DNA of 64,000 bases from Pavona decussata (taxonomy: Eukaryota): contig CDRNST010000104.1 in assembly GCA_977016875.1 (NCBI GenBank), positions 3,410,001 through 3,474,000 of the forward strand, read 5' to 3'. The notes under the pieces were generated by a model. The model ran no database searches, had not been told where the DNA came from, and saw nothing but the letters and a program-made list of their open reading frames with translations. The position numbers and the translations under genes were made by a program. Positions 31,001 through 44,405 of the stretch are shown piece after piece; positions within the stretch are counted from its first letter, which is position 1; each line of letters opens with the position of its first letter.

Positions 31001-32066
31001 TTCATGTAACTGATAACAAACTACTGAGTTTGCCCGACACGAAAGCCAATGGAAAGAACCTCTGGAATATGCTGATGTTGTACCTTGACAGCGGTAACAA
31101 ACAGGGCCGTGGGTTGCTTTGACAACCCCGGGGTGTCAAACTCGGGTAAAAACGTTCGCGCTTTCCGTACGTCTCCCACGAAGCATTGCGTGACAATCCA
31201 AGAATTCTCAGAAAGGTATCCGGCCACCATATACCATGAATAAATTTTGAATGCTTCAATATTTATCAGTGAAAATTTTGTACTAGTTGTCACACTTTCA
31301 AAATTGCTAGCGCATGATTCCTCGATTTCCTCAACCAGTTGCCCGCCAAAGCTGCGCTCACGTTTCCGACCTCAGTGCAACAATTCCTTCGTTCGTCACG
31401 CAACACTCTTCGCCCTGCCATTCTGTAAACGGAACGCATTTTTTGGAACAAAGAAACATCGGTGCGAGAAATCGAAAATATAACCTACCTTAATTCAGAC
31501 GTTTCAAGGAAATGAACACTTCAAAAGGGTCTACCTTTCCTACGTGAACGCGCTATGGACGTATGACTTTGTGACAACCTGACATTAGTATTATTCAGCG
31601 CCCGCATTTCGCTAAGCGGCCTTCAAATAAGTTGGTCTCAGGCCTCTCCGGCTAATGAAAAGAACGCCTGCCGGATTCTGCCTTGAACGGGGGGCGATAA
31701 AGATGAGTGTTAGCGAGTGTTTACCGGCAAATAATTCATGTTATGATACCCTGACAAGAATTAATCGCCCGTGTGCTTGGCGTTGAACTCAGTTTCACTC
31801 CTTTCAGCACTGGTTTGTAATTTTCTCCCCAGAAGAATGAACTTTTGCGGCACAACAGATTTAACTGACAGCTCGGTGCGTGAGTACCGTAACCATACCG
31901 TCAATGATTCATTTATGTTTGCTTTCTTATAAGCTTATGTCGTCACTTAACAAACTTTTTGTATTGGGCCTTCGTAGTTACTACCATGTATACGTTTGGC
32001 AATATTTAAATAAATAGTTGTTGGCATTCGGTTTTCTCCTGGTGAAAGAAAGAATGTCTCATGTAT

Positions 32067-32756
32067 CCCGGCGATATCAATCAATGAAAATCAATCATTG
32101 ATTGCAACCAATATAGTCAATAATAATCAATAATAATTAATTGATTGATATTGATTGGTTCAACCAATCAATAGAAATCGAAACTCACTCACCAACACCT
32201 CTTAATTTTATTGATTTTTATTGATTTTTATAGATAATCAATAATTGGTTATGCAACGGTATCTGAGTAAAGCCTGACCTTTGATTGATCTAACGAAGTA
32301 TGCACGTCAGGCGTCATATATACATATACGACGGAATTTTTCACCCTGTGGTAATCTGATTGCACCACACTTGAGTAGGAGGAAGAAAATATAGGAAAAG
32401 GAATAAAAATGTTGTTGTCTTGAGACCGTCACTCGTTTTAAATAATTAATAAAATATAATAATATGATGCTAAAATTAAAGGATACGTTTAGTTATGATA
32501 TATATTTGAACAAATAAACTTATTAAAATCAAGTCATGTGATGCATTTTATTGAAAAGGAAACTGAGATTTGAATAATCAATGATAATCAATACTGATCA
32601 ATGCAAATCGATCATAATCAATGAATTCGAAACTCACTCAACTTTTGGGCTTCGATTTCTATTGATTTCCAATAACAATCAATTGATTATTATTGATTAT
32701 TATTGATTACATTAATTTTCATAGATTATTGGTTTTCATTGATTGATATCGTCGGG
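32067..32756. mobile_element. Non-autonomous DNA transposon with 7-bp TSD
   Basis: TIRs cccggcgatatcaatcaatgaaaa / ttttcattgattgatatcgtcggg; direct repeat catgtat at 32060-32066 and 32757-32763; AATC/GATT-rich subterminal repeats. Confidence 0.85.
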
Positions 32757-32766
32757 CATGTATAAA

Positions 32767-34318
32767 GCCCGATGAAACTACTCGAACCAATCAAACGTTT
32801 CATTTATCAAACTAAATCGAACGATTGGGTTTGATTGAGTTTGACAATCGAACACTATCGAATTCTCACAGAAAAACTGGAGCAATCGAACTTTGATTGA
32901 GTTCGATTAGGTTCGATGGTCGCGTCAAGCAGTGGCATTAGTTGCGAGTTGGCCCCGTAACTAATCTAGTTTGTCCCCCAAATATATTGAGTTCGCCCCA
33001 CATAAATTGAGTTGGACCCTTTTATAAAAAAAATTATACTATTTTTGTTCCCTTCTGGAGTTACTTACCTGCTAGACAAATCTTAGAATCTTTGTGTAAT
33101 TGCAAATTGCATTGTAAAATGTTCAACGATGTTTACCACTGACAAACTCATAATGAGGCACTGCTACTCTCAGGGATTTATCAATCGGGGTTCAGGAAAT
33201 TGAAACAAACAAAGTGCTTTTACTAGAGTCTCGAGTCTTTCAATTTTATTAGGGCCTGACTAAAAGATACAACATTGTTTCCTGTAATGTTTCCTAACCA
33301 AAACACAGTGAAACAAAAGTTAACTTTCCATTTTCTGCTATGTCATACTTAGGCCAATCCATGTAGAGCAACAGTTACACAGTGAGAAGACGCAACATGA
33401 CCACACAGGCCAAGACATTGTGGGCAGCTTTAGCAGCTGAGATCACGGCAAAAACAAAAAGAGGCAGTGAACGACCTCTTCAAACCTGTGGGTGTGATTA
33501 AGTCAATGAAGTCCTTCTAGAGGAGTTAACAGATGCACCCTGCCCCAGTCTTCCCAAACCAGACCACCTGGAGTGAGCTGCAAACTAGCTGATGCAACGT
33601 CTTCGTCCCTCAGACACCAAAGACCTGGATTTCCAGTTAGAACCTGACCATGTTCCAGATAACTTCCTCCGAAAAGAAAACATGTAGTGAGTGTACAAAT
33701 ATTAGGCATAACTGTCTTGAATTCCCCCAACCCATCTTGTGTTTATATCAGGCTACACATACTTTAACAGTGACTTTTAAAGTTGGCATACATTTGATTA
33801 AAAATGGGAGTTATATAGGAAAAGTGTGTGTATTTTGCTGAATGTTTCCTTTTTCCGGGACTGATTGTAGTGGATTGTAGTGTATAAATATGTGTGTGAG
33901 TGTTAATGCTTTTATTACTTTTATTTCTGGCGAGTGTGGAAGCTTCTCGTTTTATCTCACGTTACCTCATACTGTTACTTAACAATCCAAGAAAAGACTG
34001 TACCCATCAATGGAATAATGAACAACAAAGAAACGTTATACTGTTGAATCAGCTTTGTTTTAGATGTTTCAGTAAAGCTACATCAACTCATCTATTGTTC
34101 GTTTCACTTAATTCTTTGTTGTTCTTGCATGCTAATAAAGGACTTTTCAAAATTATTGTATATTTTGAGTGATGGTTTAGAATGTTCGATTAAGTTAGAT
34201 TGGGTTCAATTGGGTTCAAAATTGAATGCAATTGAACTTGATTTGTTCGATTGTGGACGATTGAGTTTGATTAAGTTTGATTACCAATTACAGTTCAGAC
34301 AAGTAGTTTCATCAGGGG
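32767..34318. mobile_element. Probable non-autonomous DNA transposon (~1.55 kb)
   Basis: Short TIRs cccgatgaaactact / agtagtttcatcaggg; aatcgaac/gttcgatt subterminal repeats at both ends; no clean TSD. Confidence 0.6.
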
Positions 34319-34984
34319 TAAGAGGAAAACAAAATCATGAACTCAATTGACTATAGTTTCATGTTTATTCATTAAATTTTGATACGTGTCAATGTAATTA
34401 AGCAGCTATACCTGTATGGCACTGTTTGTTGTTGACAAAATGTACCTTGAGTGCAAAGTATGCGTAAATGAATGTTGTGGTCTATATCGGTCTAAATCAG
34501 TAAGAAATACTGAAGTATGTAATGTAGAAACTGTTCAGTTAGCCTGAGAGTACATTTTTGATAAGGTCTAAAAAATTACAAAATTTGGGAGGAAAGTTGT
34601 GGAACAGTCTGCTGAAGAGTGCAAGGCTATCTTTAGAGGGTCTTTTAACTATTAGATTGTTTTTTAAAGCATTCATTATTTTATTAACTCATGTATGTAA
34701 ATTTATTTTTATCATGGGCAAGATTTCTGCACAGCCACATACGTTTGTTACATGTATACATTTTCTGACTAAAACTATTCAAGCTTGTTGTTTTTAGAAG
34801 AGGGTTGTATTGACATTGGTTGAGAATTAATTGGGTCAGTTTGTGTTTTGGGTTGGTAATTTACAGCTGTGCCTGCAGAGTTTGGTTTACTTGAAAGTTT
34901 TATAAAGATTGTTGAGAGATGTTTTCATTTACAAATTAGAAACAGTTCTATAGTGTCTGGGAAGAAATAAAAAAATATACCATG

Positions 34985-35210
34985 CCTGAGCAGTTAGGGC
35001 ACCAGATTTGAAATCCACAGATCCCAAATTCATTAGTCCCACTCTGGCCGCTAGCTGGCGTTGTTTCTTAGTAGCCCCAAGTTCAACTCCTTGGCTGCGC
35101 TTGGAAATAGCCGGCTGGTCCACCTCCTGCCAGTTGAGATTTTTATATCATTTTCTGTTCAATTATTTCTTTCTGAAGTTTAATGTTCAGCCCCACTAGC
35201 ACTTGTGCTA
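34985..35210 (+). mobile_element. Degenerate tRNA-derived SINE
   Basis: tRNA-like head (gagcagttagggcaccagatttgaaatc...) followed by a body shared with the minus-strand copy at 27440-28045. Confidence 0.6.
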
Positions 35211-35544
35211 TAAACAGAGGGGCCTAGGGTACATGTAAATAGAGGTTGCTTAATATTTTATTTTATTTAGAAGATAGGAATGCTCACTAATCACTTTTTT
35301 CAAAGTGATAAGTGAGCTTTTAATAATTATTTAAAAATAGTAATAACTAATGTCACTGCCATTCTTTACTCAGCCAAAATATTGCACCAGGTAGAGCTTT
35401 CTGGCTATTGTCACACTCAGGCTTTGTAGGTCACTTACCCAAGATGTATTAATTTTTCTCATCGAAAACAACACTCAACAGATTTTAACAGATTTAAAAC
35501 AAACAAAAAAGATTTTAACAGATTTTTGTTACTAGGCAACTGTA

Positions 35545-35852
35545 AAGTAAAGTAATTTAAAGTAAAATAATTATTTTATTTAATGTCAACTGCATGCATA
35601 GTCTCCAGAGCAAGAGGCACACTGCTAAAGTGCTTGAAAATAATCCAGATTGAATTGGAATTTGAAAATTTTGGTTTTTGAAGAGATGGGACATAATGAC
35701 CCGAGTACCTAGAGAAAAACCTCTTTTTTAGAAGGATGAGAACCAACAACAATATTACTTAACTCACATATGACGCACCAAGTCCAGTAATTGAACCTGG
35801 GCCACATTGATGGGAGGCGAGTGCTCTCACCACTGTGCCATTCCTGCTTCCC
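35545..35852 (-). mobile_element. tRNA-derived SINE (second family)
   Basis: Minus strand reads gggaagcaggaatggcacagtggtgagagcactcgcctcccatcaatgtggcccaggttcaattac, with an A box TGGCACAGTGG and a degenerate B box GGTTCAATTAC, then a body and an AT-rich tail. Confidence 0.75.
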
Positions 35853-38800
35853 AGTTATCTAACACAAGGGAAAACACTATCACATTACCAGTTAGTACAC
35901 TTTGCACTTTGATTAAAATTTACTTTGTTCATTTACTTGTTTAAGACAAATCACTATTTACTGTAATCTTCGCTAACTTTCCATTTTCAATCAAATATGC
36001 TGGACTGTTGTGTTTATTTCCAGTATACTGAGTGTAAATGCTTTGAGATTAAGAGAAATGAGTTAATTCTCCATAGAGTCTCCGGCCCAGGGCTATATAG
36101 CAAAACAGTGATCATTGATTATTCATAAGCACAAAACTATTTGAATTATTTGAGATTTAATTATTAATTAATCAAAACGCTTGTGATTTAAGAATCACTG
36201 TTGTTTATGCTTTAAACCTCAGCTTTTTGTGTTGAGAAAATCAAGCAAGAAAAATTAATTCTGAATTCATGTACCCATAAATTGTTCAAAGAGGCAAGAA
36301 GGTATAGGCATGCCTGCAAGTCATTAATTTTAAACATAACATCAAAATTGCATGACATACAGTGTACTCAAGGTGAATAAAAACAGTGTTCCATATCAGT
36401 CAGATATGTTGAGGCATGTATGTACAGTGTAGTTGTAAAGGTTGCATACATGTAATTGAGATGTATAGTGCATCAGTGTGTGTAGGGGATCAATGCCACA
36501 AACTATTCACCAGATAAGTGAATGGTGGTGGTGGGTTAAAGCAACCCAAGGGGCCTGGGGTTGGGCAAAGGATCTTGGTTTAATTAAAACAAGCCAAAAA
36601 AAAAAATGGTTGCCAACAGTTCAAGTTTCCTTAGGGAGAGTATAGTATGACTACATCTAATTGAACACTAGGCTACTAATACAGATTAATGATTGAAGAT
36701 GCATCTATAAAGCAGTGTTTTCCAAGTTCATCAATTTTTGGGGGGGCTCCCAATGTGGAAACACATTTTTCTTCCTGATGTGAAGCATCACCTGTTAACC
36801 TTAGAGGGCAAAATTTGCCACTGATTTTCAATAACCACCATCATATACTTCCCACTCTCACAATTTATTAGTTTTAGGTGACGTATTTATCACAGTCTCT
36901 CACACTGACAAAACAGATTACGTGGCCTTGAACATATAGTGTAATTTCACTTGCAACAAAACTGTGACCTTTACATTGCACCTAACCATGCTTGTGTAAT
37001 GCAACCAGCAATAAAAATGTAGTAATTCTCCTTTGCCACACTGATTCTGAAAAAAAAAATTAAATTGCTTTTTTCGGATATCTTGGCATGTACTTTTAAC
37101 TTTAGAAATTATGAAAATTTATCAAGTTTTAAAAATTGGGGCACTCTTACTAATTATCAAAAGATTTTGGTGAGTTGCTTGGCTGCGATTTGAGCCCACA
37201 ACGTCCTACTTTGTTTCCAAGTAACTGGTCCCGTAAAATTTTGCTTACAACCCCCTCCCCCACCTAATGAGGAGCCCCTATTAAGAGGTTTAATGTGTTA
37301 ATAAACCCCTTGTAACACAGTGTCTTTCATCTCTTCGAAAATCCGCGAAAAAGCTCTGGCAGCTGGGGTAGGTCAATAAAAACTTTCAAACGCCCGACCT
37401 TAAGAAGTCAATGGAGGGCTTGAAGAACTATTCCACTCGAATTGTTCTTTCATGTTATTGTCGTTCGTCGTTGTGTAGCCCGAGTTTAATCCTTTTTTTT
37501 TTTTTTTTCCTTTTTTTTTTCAGCTACCGTTCTTAAAGATCACTATTAAACAGCACAGTTTAACTTCAAGGCGTCTTCTGAATGTTTCGGAAAATTTCGT
37601 AGGTTTTAAAAGATGTTTGCATGGTGTTCGGGTAATCATCGGAAATAATCGGCGCGTTTCGGAATAAATCAACGACGTAGTGATTAGTGGCTGTAAAAAA
37701 CCCAGGTTACATGGCGCATGCTGTTAGGGAATGTATCTCCCTCGTATAGCATTAACTTATTCTCTGAATTCCCACGAAAAATTTTGTATTTTCTGTGTAT
37801 ATATTTTTTTTTAATCACTGGATAGTAATCCGTTTGCGCTCATGTTATATAAGCCTCCAACCCGCAAAAAGAATGACTGTTATAACTGAAATTCAGAAAG
37901 ATCTCGAACGCACCATTAAATCATGTGCATTTACAAGGCACGATTGTTTCATCGTGCAACTTGTGAATTTTGCATTGCCTGATTAATTTTCGATTTGCCG
38001 AATCAGTGTTGTCCACGGAAAAGACATTAAAAGCAAAAGCGAAATCAACTTTCTTCAGTTCTTCCCTCTATTTAGAGCTTTACGGGAATTAAGCAAAGGG
38101 TCGTCAGAAGTTCTGTTAGTACTGCAGCTTTTCTATCTCTTTACCGTGGCCAATTTACCTAATCAATTGATAAAGCAAACATTCACTTTCACTTCTTCAC
38201 CGACGCAGCACTAAAGTTTCTTTATCCTGTTAACACTTGTTAGTTTATCTGTCGTTGAACTAATTTTGTGCACGAAGGCTTCCTAAGTAAAGGTTATACT
38301 AATCTTTTGTTATTTAAAGACGATGTTATAAATTAACTTCCAGTTTAAAGTTGTCACTATCAGAGATAAAATTAACAGTTTAACTGTTGACACGGTAAAC
38401 AGAACTTTCTTTATAAGTAGAATCCATTGTTATTAAATGTAAACTCCCAAATCAAAATGAATTGTTTTGTTGCTCATTGTTTTTTCACTATTGTTGTTTT
38501 ACAAACGCTCTGTCAAAATAGATTGAACAAACGAAAATTTCACAGAAAATACTAAGTTGTAATATTTCAAAAATCCAGTTAACTGACCCACAAACATAAG
38601 GTTCACAGCTTTGAATTCCTTTCAAGCTCCTTCATGAGTAAATTCGACAGGTCCGCAAACAAACTTTATGAAAGTAATATTAAGTGGGATTTTTTTTTTG
38701 CTCATTTTATTCAATTCCCGGACAACTCACGAAAAGCGTAAAATTACAAACGCGTTTTACATAAACAACCTTGTTTTTACACTTAGAATTACACAAGAGC

Positions 38801-39159
38801 CACCATGGAAGAAACAATGGCGTGAAAAATTTATTGAGTTCCAATTTGTTCGCTGATTAGCGCAAGCACCTTTCCTCCAGTAGCAAAACCGCATTCATAG
38901 ATAAACCTGCAGTTCGAAAAATGACGACAGGTGGTTTTATTGTGTGATGTGACGCCGCCATAAACTACTATTCTTCCATGAAACTAATTGCCACGTGCGA
39001 TGAGATGATAAAAGATTAAATCATGGCAAAAATTCCCTTGGAGTGAAGTAATCTCGGTTTTACCACTAAGGCCTTCGACAAGTCCCTTGTGTTTTGACTT
39101 ATTGCTCTTAAACGGAATCTAGCAGACCGTGTTTGTTTACAACTTTAATTTTCCCGGAT

Positions 39160-41130
39160 ATGGTGGCCTTTCGGGGATTGTGGCTGTGTCTTTTAGGGAT
39201 TGTGTTGTTTAGTTTTTCCGCTGGCGTTCATTCAAAGGGAACAAAAACCAAACGAAGCCCAAGAAAAAATACCGTTCGTTATACCGTTCATGAAAAACCG
39301 CCAGAGCTGGTTGTGAATGCAGATCCCGAGGGAGTGAAAGTTCAAGCCAAACCTTCAAAGCTTCAAGTTATAGCTTACCCTCATTTGCAAGGTTTTAGCC
39401 CTTACGAACACACAGCAGTACTAGGTCCACACAGCCCGCCCGTGAATATTGGCCCAAACGCACCTCCAGTTCACATTGGACCTCACGTGCCAGCTCTTCA
39501 TCTTAGCCCTCGAGTTCCAAGCCTTCATTACGGCACTAACGCGCCTCTTCTACACGTAAGGCCTCATCTTCCATTTGTTCACATGACTCCTCCCGTACAC
39601 GCCGTAAACGCGCTCACTGGTCCTCCAGTGCACGTGTTGTCGCCATCGACAGTGTATCATCAAACGCCGATTGTTTTCCATCAGCCACACTTTAATTATC
39701 CCTCGCACTTTAATTATCCCACCCCAGCGTTTGGTGGATATGGTCCAATGGGAGGTTATGGCCCAGGATTCGGTGGTTTTGGCGGAGCTCCTGGTTTTTT
39801 CGGACGTTCTACGATACCTGAAAATGATGAAGAAGACGAGGAGGACAGTGATAAAGACCCTGAAAGTGATTCGCATAAGAAAAAAGGCAAATCAAAACGC
39901 GAGGTTGTGTCACAAAAAGTTAAACGTCAGTGGTTTGGTTGGCATCCATTTCCCCACACTGTGAACGTAGGACCACACACCCCACCCATCCACGTTGGGC
40001 CACATTATCCCCCTGTCCACATTGGCCCTCACGTTCCAGCAGTCCATATCGGGCCTCATGTCCCAGTGATTAACGTTCCATCCCATGTCCCCGCAATCCA
40101 TGTGCGCCCTCATGTTCCTGCTGTGCATCTTGGACCTCCCGTTCCTATCATAAATGCAGGAAACCACTTCCCAGCTGTGCACGTTACGTCACCACCTACC
40201 ATCTACCACCGTCCTCCTATCGTCATCCACCAACCTCATATTGTTCATCCTTATGGAGGATGGAAGAAGAGATCAAAAATTGCCAAAGCTGTGGACTCAA
40301 AAGAAGAGAGTCCGGAGAAGACTGAAGAAGATGAGGCCGAGCAGAGCAGCGGAGAAGAAGAGACAAAAGAGCAAGCCAAGGATATTGAAGACAAACCTAC
40401 AGAGCAAGCAGAGCAGACTCCCGAAGAATCGAGTGGAGAATCACAGGAGGATAGCAGAGAAACACCCCAAGTAGAGGAAGAGAAGAAAGAAAGCACAAGA
40501 TCTGTCGAAGAAGCTGACGTTCGACCAAAGCGTCAGATGTTTTCCAATGCTAATTCTGGACCAAATGGTGATTCAGTAATATTCGTTCACCCGAGCGAGC
40601 ATGGTGCAGGAAATCCCGCGGGACTAGGTGAGTTGGCTGGTGGTCATGGTAATCCGTTGGAAGGCGGCAATCCAGCTGAACCTTTTGGTGACCTGTCTTC
40701 GAAGGCATTCGGAGAAGGATTCAATCCCAGCTCCTTCCCAGAAGGAGGACCTGGAGGAGAAATGGGTACCGGTGGAGATAGCCTTGCTGGACTCGCAGGA
40801 GCAAGTCTCGGGGGAGCGGCAGGTCTTGGAAGTAATGAAGGTCCACCCATGGGAGCTAACAGCTTTTCTGAGGCTGGAGGATTAGGTGGCCTTGGCGGAC
40901 AGGCTGCCCCTGGAGGCGAACTTGGAGGACTTGGAGGATTGGGTGGTGCAATGGCCTCGCCAATGGCAGCAGGTCTTGGTGGAGAGGAAGCTAGATCTAC
41001 TGTCCCACGTTCGTTTATTCCTAGAAAGCTTAGAGAGATAAGCAGAGGCTACCTTACAAGAAACCCTCTTGACGATGGGCGTAATGCAGCCATAGTCAAG
41101 AAAACGCAGATTCCACGACCAGGACAGTAG
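39160..41130 (+). CDS. Secreted His/Pro/Val- and Gly-rich modular polyprotein precursor (cluster gene 3, ~656 aa)
   Basis: ATG at 39160 (the ORF track starts at an upstream TTG). Signal peptide MVAFRGLWLCLLGIVLFSFSAGVHS; three modules separated by acidic spacers and KR sites, ending in RSTIP, RSKIA and RSTVP; AATAAA at 41203. Confidence 0.92.
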   Translation: MVAFRGLWLCLLGIVLFSFSAGVHSKGTKTKRSPRKNTVRYTVHEKPPELVVNADPEGVKVQAKPSKLQVIAYPHLQGFSPYEHTAVLGPHSPPVNIGPNAPPVHIGPHVPALHLSPRVPSLHYGTNAPLLHVRPHLPFVHMTPPVHAVNALTGPPVHVLSPSTVYHQTPIVFHQPHFNYPSHFNYPTPAFGGYGPMGGYGPGFGGFGGAPGFFGRSTIPENDEEDEEDSDKDPESDSHKKKGKSKREVVSQKVKRQWFGWHPFPHTVNVGPHTPPIHVGPHYPPVHIGPHVPAVHIGPHVPVINVPSHVPAIHVRPHVPAVHLGPPVPIINAGNHFPAVHVTSPPTIYHRPPIVIHQPHIVHPYGGWKKRSKIAKAVDSKEESPEKTEEDEAEQSSGEEETKEQAKDIEDKPTEQAEQTPEESSGESQEDSRETPQVEEEKKESTRSVEEADVRPKRQMFSNANSGPNGDSVIFVHPSEHGAGNPAGLGELAGGHGNPLEGGNPAEPFGDLSSKAFGEGFNPSSFPEGGPGGEMGTGGDSLAGLAGASLGGAAGLGSNEGPPMGANSFSEAGGLGGLGGQAAPGGELGGLGGLGGAMASPMAAGLGGEEARSTVPRSFIPRKLREISRGYLTRNPLDDGRNAAIVKKTQIPRPGQ

Positions 41131-43305
41131 AACACGATGCTTCATTGAATTGGTAAGTAGAATATATAATAGATCGTCAATTACATTTTATTTCAAAAGA
41201 ATAATAAAAAAGCGTTAACGAAATAAGTAGCATCGTAAGAGGAGAGGACTTCACGCTGTTGTCCTTAAATGTATACAAAAAAATGCGCAGGGTCTACTGG
41301 TCCTTGTATTACATTTAACAGCGTTTTTCTATTTTTAAAAAATATATTATGATATTATTGTTCCGTTTCTAATGCTACTTATTTGATCAAATTGTTTGCT
41401 TGTTCTGTTATACACGGCTAAAATAACATGTCGCAAGATTTGATACGGGCACACAAAGGTTTACCCGAAAACAATCGATTAATTCATATACAGTTCTTTG
41501 TAATAATCAATGTATGGTTAAACAAAAATAGGTTTTCTTGTTTTAGTTTTTGTTTTCTTTTTGTCTAATATGATTGAGCGCTGCTTGTGAACTAAGTTGA
41601 ATTACTTCATTGTTTTTGCTTTAGATTTTCACCTGTACCTCCTCAGCCCGCCCTTTCTAACTTTCAATAGGCTCTAAGTGCAATCCTAATGTGTGACTAT
41701 TCAAATGAAAGCTACTGAGCAATTGGACATGAAACAGGTCTTTTTAAATCGCTTCATTGGCTTTTGTTTTGTCTTGCCTCTTCTTTGTCTATTGTACTCA
41801 GACTATAATTTTTGAATCTCTGGGCGTCAACTTTAACATGCGACCATTTGAACGAAACGTGTTGAGTAGTGTCTCAATTTGGAAATGTTTGTTATGCCGT
41901 ACAATTTGACCTTAAATTTTTGCGTCTCGGGTTAATTGCGTGAAGTGTGGCCGTTCAAATAAAACTATTGAGTGTTTGGACGTCAGTGCATGAAACACGT
42001 CTCAGTTGAATTGCTACAATGACATTTGTTTGTCTTGTCTTCTGCGCAGGTTGATGAATAATAAATTAGTTCAATTTTTATTGAATTCTAAGAGATATCC
42101 AGTGTTTACCTCGATAACCTAACACTAAAGGATCTCTTAGTGGAAAAAAATTCACTGCGAAGGTTCTAAAATATCTTGATTTTTCAGTTTTTGAGACAAA
42201 GAAGTAGAAACCTATATTGGTACAGTACGAAAGGGAAAAAGATAAAAGTAAACAAGAAAAAAATGAGAAAACTAAGGCCCTGCTATGCCTTGCGGTTTAC
42301 AATAGAAAAACACAGTGTTTGAAAACTTATTTTTCTTAAACACGCAATACAACTGAAAACACTTATGTAGTAAAACAACGAATTTAAAGACAGTAGTGTA
42401 CATTTGACTGTTATATAACTAATGCATGTCCATTTTTCAAATTCAGTATTCATTGAGTATTGTCTGTTGTTTTTGGAACAACAGCAATACACATAGAAAC
42501 GGCATTTAATACAAAATTACATAAATATCAAACAAACTTCGACCGTTTCTCCTTGTTCATCCTTTCTCCAGCTGTTGTTTTGATGCGCGCTATCCTACAA
42601 GACGCAATTTACGCTGTGCTGCGCGGGGCTGGCACGTAGTCTCTCCTCCATGTATGGGGATCGCGCTTTCTCTGTCGCCAAGCCGCGACTCTGGAAGACA
42701 CTACCGCTACTCATAATAAATGTGCAGTCCGTCTCGGCATTTAAGCGCTTCTAAAGACATACTATTTTAAACTAGCATAAATTTAGTCAATTTCTCTCTG
42801 TGTTCTTTTTATTTATTTATCTTTTTTATGCTTACATATGTGGATGTTTTTTCGTAACTGTGTATATGGTAATTTTATGCTAGCGATTTTTACCTGTTAT
42901 AACATAACTGTAAACGCATTGAGGCTTTGGAAAATGTGTTCCAAGAACTTATCAATACCAAACTTGTGTACTGTAGAAACCAAAAAAATGTTTTCTGTCT
43001 CTTATAAGCTCTTTTTGAATGGACGCCATCACTGTAGAGAGCCTCAACTGTGTCGATCACTGGGGTGCCCATATCAAACTGATTTGGATGTATACAGGGA
43101 AATGTGGTATGGCTGCAACGGGCATGTGCTTTCTTTTACAGTGGGACACCGAAAGGATTTTAGAAAGTGGCATCAGAAAAAAAGCACATTTCACGTGGCC
43201 AGTCACTAAAGTCTCATCCCGTCGACTAAAGTGAGAATGCTTTGGTGTGGGTTGGCGGGAAGTGGGATTGAAAAAACCTTTGTTGACCAGTCGCTTGTGA
43301 CTTAA

Positions 43306-43367
43306 CGACGGTGCCTCCTTTTGTTACTGCGCGTCTCGAGATACTCGGGTTTCATATGGGTGGTTCC

Positions 43368-43405
<38 letters not shown>

Positions 43406-43663
43406 GCGGAAAATGCAGAACTTAGCAAGTGCTCTTGGTGTCCAAAAAGAAAATTGGGGGTAATCATGCATTTTTCAGAGATAAACGCCATACATTGCTT
43501 TGTATTTTACTGCTTTTTAGAATAATCGTTGCTTAATTATCTCTATAAAAAAATGCCCCGCTACCCCCAATTTTCTTTCTGGATTCCAGTAGCCCGTACA
43601 TAGATCTGTCTTTCCCGCATAGTCATAGACTGACAAATACTGCTGTATTAGGTGGCACAGCCC
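43306..43663. mobile_element. Palindromic MITE with TTAA target site (Kolobok- or piggyBac-type)
   Basis: ttaa at 43302-43305 and 43664-43667; termini cgacggtgcc / ggcacagccc; internal inverted arms aagaaaattggggg / cccccaattttctt and actatgcgga / cccgcatagt. Confidence 0.7.
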
Positions 43664-44405
43664 TTAACCAATCACGTTTTGTCATTTTTTTCCACAGGAG
43701 CGATATTCTAATAACGCCAAGCAGTGGCCGTCATATTTATAGATGCTCTACGATCAAAGGAATGATTTTTAAAGCGATTCCAAAAGACTGAATGGATTTT
43801 TATTCAAGACCCTGCGGAGATGCACAACCCCGTTTTGTGCATGAATAAAATAAAAAGCTCACGTTGTATCGTACATGTATGAGGCCAAGACGTCCCCAAA
43901 GCCAGTTCATGGTCAAAGATGGATACCTTCGAAATGATACTTTCCCTTTAAAACAAACAAAAAAAAGTTGTCTATTTTGTTTTAAGCGAATATTGTGAAA
44001 ATAAAACTAACGATTTGTGAAGAGAACTGTGTCGAGTTCATTTACTCCCTTATCGCGGTTTGTTTAGGGGAAATAATTACCATAAAAATAGTAAGGTTTG
44101 CGCATGAGGTATGCTTTTACAACGTTGTTTTCAACTATGTCAAGCTAAACTGGGAACCGAATCCATCCAAATTTGAAGATATTCCAATAATCATGCTGCG
44201 TTTGTACAGTGAGAAGTTTTTTTAAGTTTTAAAAAGAAAGTTTCAACACCCCTCTATGGTTTTGTTATATATTGTAGGATAATGTTGTGAGATTAGCTCT
44301 CGGTCAATTTCCCGATGTCCTAAAGGGGTTTAGTCCATCATCCAGATTCTGCTGATTTTTCAACCTGCCGTGAGCGAGTTCGTTTGGGGTATAAGTGTAG
44401 ACTAA

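Noticed and set aside
30934-31600. GC-richer block starting ttaaaggggctaggtcacgc, possibly a TTAA-type transposon
   Set aside because: No matching opposite TIR or recognisable transposase found; probably a TE remnant but unsupported.
35780-35852. Functional tRNA gene
   Set aside because: The B box is degenerate, I could not build a complete cloverleaf, and the sequence continues into a SINE body.
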